The notes beneath the pieces are model-generated. The model was not told where the DNA came from. It was given only the letters and a program-made list of their open reading frames with translations, and did no database searches. This document shows positions 52,019-62,258 of a DNA stretch of 64,000 bases, piece by piece. The translations under genes were made by a program, and so were the position numbers. The stretch lies in NCBI GenBank assembly GCA_965223905.1, contig CBDCXV010000011.1, forward strand, positions 1,344,001 through 1,408,000, read 5' to 3'. Within the stretch, counting starts at the first letter, position 1. The number at the start of each line of letters is the position of its first letter. Source of the stretch: Candidatus Latescibacterota bacterium. Lineage in GTDB: Bacteria; Latescibacterota; UBA2968; UBA8231.

Positions 52019-53380
52019 TTACGGAGCAAACTGGTAGACAATCGGCAGCTGCGCCGGATCGGTGATCTCCGGGTCCGTGTGGTGGTAGATGTTCACGGCC
52101 CCGGTGCCGCAGTCGCCGAAGTCGTCGCAGGAGAGCGTTCCGAGGAGGCCCTCGAAGCCCTCCGTCGCCCCGATCGCCTCGCGCAGGGCGGCGCGGTCGA
52201 CGTACAGCTTGCCGTCCACGACCTCACCGACGGACTCGATGGCGCTGAAAAGCAGAGTCCCGGCGTCGTAGGAATGCACCCAGTAGGGGGTACTCGGAGA
52301 CTCGCCGTACGCAGCCGAAAACGCCTCGAGCACGTCGTCGACGCTCTTGCCGGTGGCCTCGTTGACGTTCGAGCCCACCGCCGGCTCCGGACCGGCAAAG
52401 TAGATCCCTTCCGACTGCGGCATGGCGAGGAACTCCGTCAGCAGGAGGGCCGAGCTGGTGAGGAGCGTCGCGTCCTCCAGCCCCTCGGTCTCCTGCGCCT
52501 GCTCGGCGAAGGGAGCGCCTTCTACGCTGAAGAGCGGGAAGTAGATCCCGTCCGGCTCGGCCGCGGCGAACTTCTCCAGGATGTCCGGAATGTCCATGAT
52601 CCCTTCCTCGCCTTTCTCTATCCTGGCAGCGACCGGAACCTCCCCGCCGAGAGCGCGGAACGCATTTCCGAAGGCGACGGTGAGGCCCATGGTGTAGGGA
52701 TCGCCGTCGTCCATGGTCACCACTTTTCGCAGACCGAGCTCATTGTAGGCGAAATCCGCTACCGCGTTCGCCTCGTAGAGGTCGTTGTTTGCGGTGCGGA
52801 AATAACCAGCGTGGTAGTTGGGACTCGCGTTTCCGGCGAGATCCGAGGTGAGCGCGGGGGAGGTGTTGGACGGGGAGATCATCACCAGCCCCGCCTCGCT
52901 GAACAGCGGCGAGGCCTCTACGGCCGCGCCCGAGCAGGTGGTGCCGATGACGCCGACTACCTGCCCTTCGGCGATGACCGTCTCGGCGGCCATGCGTCCG
53001 CCTTCTCCAGTGCACATGGCGTCCAGCGATTCGCCGAGGTCGACCTCGCGGCCGTGGATGTCGCCGTAGTCCTCGGCAGCCAGCTCGAGACTGTAGCGCA
53101 ACGGCACGGCAAGCCCGGGCTCGTTGGTGTGCGAGAACAGCGAACGGATCTGGATGGCTTCGCCGGCGCCGATCTCGACCGCGCCGAGGGGTCCGGCCTC
53201 GAAGGCTGGCGCTTCGGTCCGCGACTCGGCCAGACCGGCGACAGGTGCGCTCAGGGTCAGGCTGCTGCTTATGCGCTTGCCGGACGGCTCGCCCGGTGAG
53301 TTGGAGGAAACGGGATCCCGATCCGAGCAGGCGCCCAGGACCAGGAGTCCGGTGAGCAGGAAAGAAAGTGGGATTTTCAT
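52019..53380 (-). CDS. Branched-chain amino acid (LivK-like) ABC substrate-binding lipoprotein
   Basis: Lipobox LGAC; GVIGTTCSG, SPSNTSPALT and YFRTANND motifs. Confidence 0.9.
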   Translation of the reverse strand: MKIPLSFLLTGLLVLGACSDRDPVSSNSPGEPSGKRISSSLTLSAPVAGLAESRTEAPAFEAGPLGAVEIGAGEAIQIRSLFSHTNEPGLAVPLRYSLELAAEDYGDIHGREVDLGESLDAMCTGEGGRMAAETVIAEGQVVGVIGTTCSGAAVEASPLFSEAGLVMISPSNTSPALTSDLAGNASPNYHAGYFRTANNDLYEANAVADFAYNELGLRKVVTMDDGDPYTMGLTVAFGNAFRALGGEVPVAARIEKGEEGIMDIPDILEKFAAAEPDGIYFPLFSVEGAPFAEQAQETEGLEDATLLTSSALLLTEFLAMPQSEGIYFAGPEPAVGSNVNEATGKSVDDVLEAFSAAYGESPSTPYWVHSYDAGTLLFSAIESVGEVVDGKLYVDRAALREAIGATEGFEGLLGTLSCDDFGDCGTGAVNIYHHTDPEITDPAQLPIVYQFAP

Positions 53381-53502
53381 GGGGTCCTCCTTTGTGAGGA
53401 ATTGGGGTGACTGCCTCGGTAATAGCACGGCAGGCCTGGAATTTTCTTCGATTTTTTTGTCCGCTGCTGTATGAGCTCGTCTGAAGTCCCCCTCTCGACC
53501 CC

Positions 53503-54855
53503 TCAAGGCGCGAACTGGTAGACCACCGACAACTGCCCCGGGTCCGTGATCTCCGGGTCCGTGTGGTGGTAAATATTCACGCCCCCGGTGCCGCAGTCGC
53601 CGAAATCGTCGCAGGAGAGCACGCCGATGAAGCCCTGAAAGCCGGACGTCGCCGCGACACCCTCGCGCAGCGCCGCACGGTCGATGTACAACTTGCCGCC
53701 CTCGGCCAACGCAACGGATTGGATGGCACTGAGCAGCACGGTCGTGGCGTCGTAGGCGTGGGCCCAGAACGGAGAGGTAGGAGTCCCGCCATAGGTAGAT
53801 TCGATCGCGTCGAGAACCGCGTCGGCGTTCTTGTTGGTCGCGGCATTGACGTTCGAGCTGTGGACGGGCTCCGGCCCTGCAAAGTAGATGCCCTCGGACT
53901 GCGGTGTGCCGAGGAATTCCGACAGGAGGAGAGCCGCGTCCGTGATCAGCGTCGCATCTTTCAGGCCGTCGACCTCCCTCACCTGCTCGGCAAATGGCGA
54001 GCCTTCCGCAATGAAGAGCGGGAAGAAGATGCCGTCCGGCTCGGCTTCGGCGAATTCCTCCAGGATGTCCGCCATGTCCGTGGTCCCCTTCTCGATCCTG
54101 GCGGTGACGGCGACCTCGCCGCCGAGCTCGCGGAACACCTTGCCGAAGGCGACGGTCAGGCCCATGGTGTACGGGTCGCCGTCGTCTATGGACACCATGC
54201 GCCGCAGACCCAGTTCACTGTATGCAAAGTCGGCCACCGCTTGCCCCTGATAGAGGTCGTTGTTGGCCGTGCGGAAATAGCCGGGATGGTAGTCGGGACT
54301 CGCGTTGCCGGCGAGGTCGGACGTGAGCGCAGGCGAGGTGTTGGCCGGCGAAATCACTACCAGCCCCGCTTCGCTGAGCAGCGGCGAGGCCGCCACTGCG
54401 GAGCCCGAGCACAAGGTGCCGATGACGCCGACTACCTGGGAGTCGGCGATGATCTGCTCGGCACTTGCGCGTCCGCCTTCCGCCGAACACCCGCCGTCTA
54501 TCGGTTCCCCGAGCTCGACCTCGCGACCGTGGATGCTGCCGAAGTCCCGGACAGCCAACTCGATGCTGTACCGCGACCACTCGGCAACCGACGGCACGAC
54601 GACGTGCGCGAGCACCGAACGGACCTGTATGGCCTCGCCGGCGCCGATCTCGACCGCGCCGAGGGGTCCAGGCTCGAAGCCGGGCGCTTCGGTTCGCGAC
54701 TCGGCCAACCCGGCGACCGGGGCGCTCAGGGTCAGGCTGCTGCTGGTGCGCTTGCCGGACGGCTCGCCCGGGGAGTTGGAGGAAACGGGATCCCGGTCCG
54801 AGCAGGCGCCCAGAACCAGGAGGCCGGTGAGCAGGAAAGAAAGGGCGAATTTCAT
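53503..54855 (-). CDS. Tandem paralogous LivK-like substrate-binding lipoprotein
   Basis: Same motifs as its neighbour; AAGGAGG RBS before MKFALS. Confidence 0.9.
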   Translation of the reverse strand: MKFALSFLLTGLLVLGACSDRDPVSSNSPGEPSGKRTSSSLTLSAPVAGLAESRTEAPGFEPGPLGAVEIGAGEAIQVRSVLAHVVVPSVAEWSRYSIELAVRDFGSIHGREVELGEPIDGGCSAEGGRASAEQIIADSQVVGVIGTLCSGSAVAASPLLSEAGLVVISPANTSPALTSDLAGNASPDYHPGYFRTANNDLYQGQAVADFAYSELGLRRMVSIDDGDPYTMGLTVAFGKVFRELGGEVAVTARIEKGTTDMADILEEFAEAEPDGIFFPLFIAEGSPFAEQVREVDGLKDATLITDAALLLSEFLGTPQSEGIYFAGPEPVHSSNVNAATNKNADAVLDAIESTYGGTPTSPFWAHAYDATTVLLSAIQSVALAEGGKLYIDRAALREGVAATSGFQGFIGVLSCDDFGDCGTGGVNIYHHTDPEITDPGQLSVVYQFAP

Positions 54856-54996
54856 GGGGCCCTCCTTTGGGGATAGGGTTGATGCCTCGGTTGATACACC
54901 GTAGGCCAACGGCGAAAACCGGGAGGCAAGGGATAAATAAAGACTTGAAATGCGGACGGCTTTCCAGGCTCGGAAGGTACTCTCGGCATACGTCAA

Positions 54997-55785
54997 TCAG
55001 TCCTCCGCCGAGACTATCTCTTCGAGATCGATTCGCTTACCCCGGCGTACCCCGGTAACAATCACCACATCGTCCCAGAGCGGGCGAACGATGTCGGTCA
55101 TCAATCCTTCAGGAACCAGGATTTCATGAACGGACCCATCCTCGATTACACCCGATCTTTCATTGTCTTCCCAAAAATCGAACTGCTCCTTCGGCCTGCC
55201 GAGTTTAAGCGTAACGGCGTAGCTGGCTGCACGCGGCACGGACAAAAAAATCCCAAAGTCCTCCTTCAGTCTTTTCTTGGGACTTCCGTGTTCTCGATAT
55301 GGACGTCCAAGCATGCGTTCGGCGGTACGAAGAACTAGCGTCTCGAAATCCTTAACCCGGCCTACAAATTCATCGCTGCTTGCCACACCGAAACCAACCG
55401 CTTCACCAGCGATCGACATCTGAACATCGGTTGCTTCCAGTGTCAGACCACGAAGGTCGAGATGCCTGCGGAAGTGAACCTGTTCCAGAAGATCGCGAAT
55501 CTCCTCCGCTATCTCCTCCGGGGGATCGCCTGCCAGCCCCATGGCAAGAAGCTGCTCTGCAGCCCGTAGTTCCTCGCAGTCCAGGGCGAGGGAGCCGGCG
55601 CTTCGAAAGAGAACCGACCGATCCGGCTCCAGGTTCTCATCCGTGGCGAATGCTGCCGCGCGTTCGAGTTCCATGGCCTTGCGGAATGCCTCCCGAGCAC
55701 TTGGCTGGTCTCCACTCCGGAGCCGAAATTGACCTTCCTCGGCCCATTCCATGGCCTCACGGTGAATCTTCGGAACGTTGCTCAT
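54997..55785 (-). CDS. Hypothetical protein with helical TPR-like N-terminus, possibly internally deleted
   Basis: HREAMEWAE...RSVLFRSAGSLALDC...EEIRDLLE; lower GC than neighbours. Confidence 0.65.
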   Translation of the reverse strand: MSNVPKIHREAMEWAEEGQFRLRSGDQPSAREAFRKAMELERAAAFATDENLEPDRSVLFRSAGSLALDCEELRAAEQLLAMGLAGDPPEEIAEEIRDLLEQVHFRRHLDLRGLTLEATDVQMSIAGEAVGFGVASSDEFVGRVKDFETLVLRTAERMLGRPYREHGSPKKRLKEDFGIFLSVPRAASYAVTLKLGRPKEQFDFWEDNERSGVIEDGSVHEILVPEGLMTDIVRPLWDDVVIVTGVRRGKRIDLEEIVSAED

Positions 55786-55925
55786 CGGTCAACCATCCTC
55801 GCCAACGGCTTGCTGAATTCAACTACGACCACGATACCAGGAAGTCCTCCAGATACGGAAATCTGTCTGATTTTTTCTTGGACCCGAGCCGCGACTGTGC
55901 GAAGGTTTCCCCGGCGAATTCCCGA

Positions 55926-56435
55926 TTAGTTCGTATCGACGATGGCGACGCCGTCGCTCACCTCGATAACCAGCACGCGGTCCCCGGGATTCAGAGGGGC
56001 CTCGCCCTCGGCCCGGCGCGCCAGGAGCTCGATGGTGCGGCCCTGGAGGGTTGCGGAAATTTTCCCGGTGCCGCCCATGGCAATGGGGACGGTGACTTCG
56101 GCTTCGAGGCCGACCAGGTCGTCCCCTTCCAGGGAACTGTCCGCGGTGGAGGTGCTCAGCCGGCTGAGAACCCAGTCTCCCAGGAAGGCGCAGACTATTC
56201 CTGTGCCCAGCGCCGTGAACAACGCCGCACCCGGCCCCATCAGCTGTCTTCCGAGCATTCCGGCCAGCCCGAAGAAGAAGGCGAAGAACAACAGCGTCCG
56301 CAGCCGCAGGAAGGCCAGCGCCCTCAGCCCGTCCCCCAGGCCATCGCCGTCTCCCCCGAAAAGCGAGGCACCGACGGCGATGCCGCCGACGATCAGCCCG
56401 CTCAGGTACAGGTAGAAGAGATCCACGCTACCCAT
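55926..56435 (-). CDS. NfeD-like membrane protein
   Basis: Hydrophobic N-terminus; LVGLEAEV...GKI...GDRVLVIEV OB-fold; next to flotillin. Confidence 0.8.
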   Translation of the reverse strand: MGSVDLFYLYLSGLIVGGIAVGASLFGGDGDGLGDGLRALAFLRLRTLLFFAFFFGLAGMLGRQLMGPGAALFTALGTGIVCAFLGDWVLSRLSTSTADSSLEGDDLVGLEAEVTVPIAMGGTGKISATLQGRTIELLARRAEGEAPLNPGDRVLVIEVSDGVAIVDTN

Positions 56436-57708
56436 CCTGGGCCGCGGGCTGGCGGTCCGCCTTCTCGGCGATGACCGAAGCGAGGTCGACGCCGGTGGTG
56501 GCCTTGATGCTCTCGAACAGCGCCGGCGCCAGCGCACCGATCTGGTGGACGACCGCGGGCAGACCGCTCTGGCTGCCGTTTCCGGAATCGACGACGGCGA
56601 GGTGGTCGATCTTGATGTCCTTGGCCATGGAGGTGATCTGCTCGACCAGGCCCGGAAGCATCTGGATCAGCAGCAGCTCCTTGCCGTTGGAGCCGGCAAC
56701 GGTCCAGATATGGTTTTTCTGCTTGAGCACCTCGATCTCCGCGAGGCCGTTTTCGAGGATGTTGGCCGCGGCTCCCTTGGCTCGCAGCTCCGCGGAGTCG
56801 CGGTCGGCGCGTGCCGGCTCGATGACCTCGATTTCGAGCTGGCGCTTCTGCAAGGCCAGCCGCTCCTGCTCGACCTCCTGCTCGGCCTGGACCTCGGCCT
56901 TGCGGGCGATTTGCGCAGCGCGCTTCTCCGCGGCCAGGCCCTCCCCTTCCAGCTCGGCCTTGCGGACGCGGAGCAGGTTTTGCGCATCGACGATCTGGAC
57001 CTGGGCCTCGGCGTCGGCGACCTCGCCGCGGCGGCGGGCACCGGCGGACTTCTCCTGCGATTCGGCGCGGTTCTCCGCCTCGGCGATCTCGGCTTCCTTG
57101 AGGACGGCGGCCGTGCTCTTGCGGCCGATGGCGTCGAGATAGCCGACCTCGTCGGAGACGTTCTGGATCTTCAGCGTGTCGAGGACGAGGCCGAGCTTGT
57201 GCAAATCGACGTCGGCCTCGCCGATCAGCGATTCGGCGAATTTGAGGCGGTCCTCATTGACTTCCTCGGGGGTCAGGGTGGCGAGGACGCCGCGCAGGTT
57301 GCCCTCGAGGGTGTCCTTGGCAATCTCCTGGACCTCGACGAGCTGTTTGCCGAGGAAGCGCTCCAGCGCGTTGCCGAGGAGGGGCTCGTCGCCGGCGATC
57401 TTGATGTTGGCGATCCCCTGGACCGACAGCGGGATGCCCCCCTTGGAGTAGGCGTTGGTGATCGAGACTTCGAGCGGAATCGTGCGCAGGTCGAGGCGGT
57501 CGACCTTTTCGAGAAGCGGGATGCGGAAGGCGCGGCCTCCCTTGATAACGCGGTAGCCGACATCGCGGCCGTCGGAGGTTCTGCGCTTGCGGCCCGAGAA
57601 GATGATGACCTGGCTGGGTTGGCAGATGAAGAGATTCGTCGAGATGATGACGATCAGCACGACGAGCAGCGCGGCAAAAACCAGGGCGAAGGTCAGGAGC
57701 ATTCCCAT
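56428..57708 (-). CDS. Flotillin/SPFH-domain protein
   Basis: N-terminal TM; GGRAFRIP, LEGNLRGVLATLTPEEVNEDR and YLDAIGR; AE-rich coiled coil. Confidence 0.92.
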   Translation of the reverse strand: MGMLLTFALVFAALLVVLIVIISTNLFICQPSQVIIFSGRKRRTSDGRDVGYRVIKGGRAFRIPLLEKVDRLDLRTIPLEVSITNAYSKGGIPLSVQGIANIKIAGDEPLLGNALERFLGKQLVEVQEIAKDTLEGNLRGVLATLTPEEVNEDRLKFAESLIGEADVDLHKLGLVLDTLKIQNVSDEVGYLDAIGRKSTAAVLKEAEIAEAENRAESQEKSAGARRRGEVADAEAQVQIVDAQNLLRVRKAELEGEGLAAEKRAAQIARKAEVQAEQEVEQERLALQKRQLEIEVIEPARADRDSAELRAKGAAANILENGLAEIEVLKQKNHIWTVAGSNGKELLLIQMLPGLVEQITSMAKDIKIDHLAVVDSGNGSQSGLPAVVHQIGALAPALFESIKATTGVDLASVIAEKADRQPAAQDG

Positions 57709-57844
57709 CTCGTACCTCCTTTGGGTTTGGGGACGAATGGGCAGACAATGGACCGTTAATTTACCGATGTCCTGTCGCGCTTCCGAGAACTAATTTGCCG
57801 TGCCCACGAACGCTACACTGACGTCTCAGCAAACGCGTTGAACC

Positions 57845-59606
57845 ATGCAACACCTGGCAGCATTGACCGTGCGGGAAGAGGCCGGCCTCGAGCGCCGCGC
57901 CTGGCCGCTGACCCGGGGAGTTCCCCTGCCGCAGGGAGCGGTGACCGAGCCCGGGGCCCTGCGGTTGCCGCCGCTTCCGCCTGGAGCGGCCGCGCCGCGG
58001 GGGAACGGAGATCCTCGACGAAGGGGAGCGGGCTGCCGGCTGGGCCGTGCTCGAGGGGGAGGAAGCCGGCCTCGGAGTGGCCCTGCGCCATATCGCCGAA
58101 GAGTATCCCAAGGCCCTCGGCCTGGACCCGGGGGGCATCGACCTGTTCCTGTGGAAGGACCCCGACGGCGGGCGGCTCGACTTCCGGCGGTACGCCGAGG
58201 AGGTGGCCTGGCACGAGGGGGAAGGGGTGTACAGCGACGGCCTGGGCACGGCCAAGACCTCGGAGTTCTTCCTCGACTACTTCCGCAGCGAGGACAGCGA
58301 ACAGGCACCCTCGAGGCTGGCGGCGCTGCTCGACTGGCCCCAGGCCGCGGTCGATTCCGAATGGATGGCGCGCTGCCAGGTCGCCGGCGGTTTCGCCCCT
58401 CGCGACCCGGCCTCCTTTCCACGCTCCGAGCGCATGCTCGACGCCTTCCTCGAGTGGATGGCGCGCAGCATCGAGGCCAACCGCTGGTACGGCTTCTTCG
58501 ACTGGGGAGACGTGCTGGTCGCCTGGGAGGAGTCGACCGGGGCCTGGCGTTTCCGCGGCCGCTGGGGCTGGTGCAACAGCGAGTGGGACCCGCGCCACGC
58601 CGTATGGATCCAGTACGCCCGCAGCGGGGAGGCCCGCTGGTTCCGCCTCGGCGAGGCGATGACGCGGCACTCCCTGGACGTCGACACCTGCCACTACCAC
58701 CCCTTGAGGCCCTACATGATCGGCGGTTGCTTCCGCCACAGCCTCGACCACTTCGGCGACGAGCCCTGCGCCTCGCACACCTTCATCGACAACTGGATCG
58801 ACTACTACCACCTGACCGGCGACCTGCGCACCCTGGAGGTGCTCCGCGAAGCCGGAGAGTTCTTCCTGCGCTACCGCTGGAGCGAGGACCCCCGCTTCTC
58901 CTTCAGTCTGCGCAGCATCGCCAACACCCTGCGCGGCCTGCTCTACCTGTGGGAGCTGACCGGCGAGGAGCGCTACAGGCAGCGCGCGGGCGAGGTCTTC
59001 GCGGTCGTCGCCCGCGGCCAGAACGAGGACGGCAGCTGGCACAAGCGCTTCCAGGTCTCCACCCCGGACAGGCTGCCCCGGCAGCTGCCCTGCGGCATGG
59101 CCACCGAAGGCACGACCCTGGCCGTGGAGATGGGCACCGCCGAGCCCTTCACCGGGGAGGAGCTGGCCGGCCTTTGGGGTCCCTCCGCCCGCGGCAGGAA
59201 GGTGCTGCCCCTCTCCGAGCTGAAGGGGTACCAGACCCACTACCTGATGATCGGGCTGGAGCTGATGCACCGCCTGACCGGGAGGGCCGACGTGGCCGAG
59301 TGCTACCGGCGGGCGGTGGACTGGTTCTGCGGCGGGCCGGGAGCGTTCGACGTTGAGTTCGCCTGGAAGCAGCAGTACGGCGGCATCCTGTGCCGCCACC
59401 TGGGATATGCCTGCAGAATGACGGGGGAGCGAAGCTACCTGGAGGTGGGCAGGCAGCTCCTGGTCCGCCTGGCGGAGTCGCAGGACTGGAGCGACGATCC
59501 CAGGAAGCGCGGCGCCGTGGGCCTGAGCCCGATGTACCTGAGCCTGCTGTTTTACGGGGTGCCTTACCTGCTGGGGGTGCTGCGGGAGGCGGGGCTGGAG
59601 GAGTGA
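57845..59606 (+). pseudogene. YetA/exo-rhamnogalacturonan-lyase-like protein, frameshifted with a probable internal deletion
   Basis: N-terminal PLTRGVPLPQG in one frame; WYGFFDWGD, WCNSE, RHSLDVD and YYHLTGD in another frame from about 58047. Confidence 0.6.
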
Positions 59607-59863
59607 AACCGGCTCAGGCGAAAGTAAGACCAGCCCGGGCAGGAACCTTACGACAACGCGCTCCCCAAGGCCTTTTCAGTCGCCCAGGGTGCGGACGATT
59701 CGCCCCTGCGGGTCAACCACGTGAATCGGTTCCTGCCTGAGTCCGGCGCCGCACGACAGCGCTGGCACCGCTCGCGGGGACGGTGCCAGACGCCCCATTA
59801 GGGGGTCGTCCCTGAGACCAAAGCCACCGCCCCCAATCCAGTCGGTGCGTAACACCAGGTTGT

Positions 59864-59912
59864 AAAATGCCCCCTTTCTCGTACATTGCACGTACGAGAA
59901 AGGGGGCATTTT
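59864..59912. promoter_or_regulatory. Perfect 21-bp inverted repeat with 7-nt loop upstream of the AAA gene
   Basis: AAAATGCCCCCTTTCTCGTAC-attgcac-GTACGAGAAAGGGGGCATTTT. Confidence 0.8.
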
Positions 59913-59920
59913 TATTCATT

Positions 59921-61297
59921 TTGTATAGATCGGCTGAACGCGCTCTGGCCCAATGGTTTGCCGCCCCACAGCGAAAACCGCTGGTCATCCGCGGTGCGCG
60001 CCAAGTGGGTAAATCCACCCTGGTGCGGCAATTCGCCCAGTCCCATCGCCTGCACCTCAACGAAATCAACCTCGAGCGCCACCCAGACCTGGACCCCGTC
60101 TTCCAGACCTTGGACCTGACGCGCATCCGCCGGGAACTCGAAGGGCTGCTGGGTCAACCGCTGTTGGCATCGAACAGCGTACTCTTCCTCGACGAAATCC
60201 AAGCGACCCCCCACGCCCTGCCCGCCCTGCGCTATTTCTTCGAAGATCACCCCGAGTTGCCGGTTATCGCCGCTGGCTCCCTGCTCGAATTCGTCCTCTC
60301 GCAACACGCCTTTACCATGCCGGTAGGGCGCATTCAATACTTCCACCTGGGCCCGATGACCTTTGAAGAATTTCTCGCCGAACTGGACCCGCCCCTCTTG
60401 GCCTATCTGCAAGACTACATCCCTGAGCATTCCCTGGCCCATACCGTCCACACCCGCTTGTCGGCCTGTCAGCGGGAATACTTGCTGGTGGGCGGTATGC
60501 CCGAAGCCGTAGCCGCGTATAGCTCCACCCGCCGCTTTGCCGACGTGACGCCGGTGCATCAGTCCATCGTCGATACCTACCAGGACGATTTTGCCAAGTA
60601 CTCCTCCGCCCGGGTCCGGCTGCGCCTGCAGCGAGTCTTCAACTACGTTCCCCGGACCGTGGGTCGCAAAGTCAAATACACCCAGATCGACCGCGAGGAG
60701 ACCGCCCGCGAACTGCGGGCCGCCATCGACTTGCTGGTCAATGCCCGGGTCATTGCACCCGTCTTCCACAGTACCTGTTCCGGGGTGCCCCTCCACGCCG
60801 ATGTCGATTGGAAGACCTACAAGCTCCTCTTTTTGGACATCGGCCTGATGAACCGTCTGTGCGGCCTGGACTGGCTGGCTCTGAAGGACCTGGACGACCG
60901 CCAACTGGTCAATGAAGGAGCCTTGGCCGAACAGTTCGTCGGGCAACACTTACTCTACCTGGAAGAGGGTCGGGAAACGCCTCGTCTGAACTACTGGTTG
61001 CGGGAAGGGAAAAGTGCCAACGCCGAAGTTGACTACGCGATTGCCCGGGGGGCTTGGATCGTGCCGATCAAAGTCAAAGCCGGCACCAGCGGCACCCTGC
61101 GCTCGCTGCACCAGTTCGCCTTGGCCAAAGGGACGCGCCTCGCGGTGCGCTTCGACCTCAATCCGCCCACCGTCCAGTCCATCCGGCATCAAGTGAGCGG
61201 AACGCGGCAGCGCGTGGAAATGACCTTGCTCTCGCTGCCGCTTTACCTGGTGGGGCAACTGGGCCGCCTGCTGGACCGGCTCAGGCAGGAGCGATAA
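59921..61297 (+). CDS. AAA_14 ATPase with C-terminal DUF4143 (PD-(D/E)xK-like) domain
   Basis: GARQVGKST, FLDEIQ, GGMPEAV, DIGL, E.FV and EVDY motifs. Confidence 0.9.
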   Translation: MYRSAERALAQWFAAPQRKPLVIRGARQVGKSTLVRQFAQSHRLHLNEINLERHPDLDPVFQTLDLTRIRRELEGLLGQPLLASNSVLFLDEIQATPHALPALRYFFEDHPELPVIAAGSLLEFVLSQHAFTMPVGRIQYFHLGPMTFEEFLAELDPPLLAYLQDYIPEHSLAHTVHTRLSACQREYLLVGGMPEAVAAYSSTRRFADVTPVHQSIVDTYQDDFAKYSSARVRLRLQRVFNYVPRTVGRKVKYTQIDREETARELRAAIDLLVNARVIAPVFHSTCSGVPLHADVDWKTYKLLFLDIGLMNRLCGLDWLALKDLDDRQLVNEGALAEQFVGQHLLYLEEGRETPRLNYWLREGKSANAEVDYAIARGAWIVPIKVKAGTSGTLRSLHQFALAKGTRLAVRFDLNPPTVQSIRHQVSGTRQRVEMTLLSLPLYLVGQLGRLLDRLRQER

Positions 61298-61389
61298 TCC
61301 AACGACAGCGGGCGGCATAGCCTATGCAGGAACCTTTTCCACGGCTAGCAACACCCGCCACGCAGCGTTACGTAGCGTTCACCTCGCGG

Positions 61390-61851
61390 CTAATCAGAAA
61401 TTACTGGTTTGAACTCTAATTCATTGAGAACAAGCACTCTCACAGCCTCTACACGCTTGAGAGCGTTATCGTTGGTTAAAAAGACCTGACAGTTCGCCGT
61501 TTTAGCAGCAGCAATTTGCAGTGCATCGGGGGTGCGTAACCCATATTGTGCCCGAAGATCAGCGGCGTACCCGGCTACCTCTGCATTGACCGGCAACGTA
61601 TAAAAGTTGGCACTGTGAAGCAATAAATCACGATATTGTTCTTTTAGATGAATTTGTCCTTGTTTCACAGGCTGAGTTAAAACTTCCGTCAAGGTAATAG
61701 CCGAGGTAAATCCTATAATGACCCTTGATCAATCCTGCGAAAAACCTCGGTAACCAGCACATCGTACTCAGGATGCGTTTCTATTAAATAGATGATGGGG
61801 GACCAATCCCAACGTCGTCACCTCGGCCAAGGCGTCGTCCAGTGGGATCAC
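61390..61851 (-). pseudogene. vapC: VapC/PIN toxin with two frameshifts
   Basis: TSAITLTEVL, LRTPDALQIA and FLTND; N-terminal D-T-x-P motif disrupted; GTGA overlap with the antitoxin. Confidence 0.85.
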
Positions 61852-62078
61852 GGTTGATGGTCCCATTCTTCGCGAAGACCATCGACATACGTTTGGGCAT
61901 CTATCCCTTGCCAAATCTCTTTGCCTAATCCACGCAGTTCCAGAATACTCCGGTTTTTGGGGGCCAGTGGAGCGGTGAGAGCCAAATCATGAGCCGTCAT
62001 TTCCAACAGGCGCAAGCGCTCACCGGTAGGCAACGGTTTGACATATTTTTCATAGACTTCCTCCAAGCGATCCGTCAT
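61848..62078 (-). CDS. Putative antitoxin
   Basis: SILELRGLGKEIWQGIDAQTYVDGLREEW; coupled to the PIN gene. Confidence 0.75.
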   Translation of the reverse strand: MTDRLEEVYEKYVKPLPTGERLRLLEMTAHDLALTAPLAPKNRSILELRGLGKEIWQGIDAQTYVDGLREEWDHQP

Positions 62079-62258
62079 ATCATGCTCCTTTTCCCGGTTT
62101 GACTTTCTCTTGATACGCGACACCGGAATTTAAGTTGCTTGGCGGGTGCTGTCGAGTTTCAGCAAGGTCAGGGTTCCGAGCGCCAACAAGTCACCGCTTC
62201 TCCCTAGTCCTCTGCTGCGCCGCTCCCGGTGTCGCTCAGGCCGTTGGTATCAACCAAA

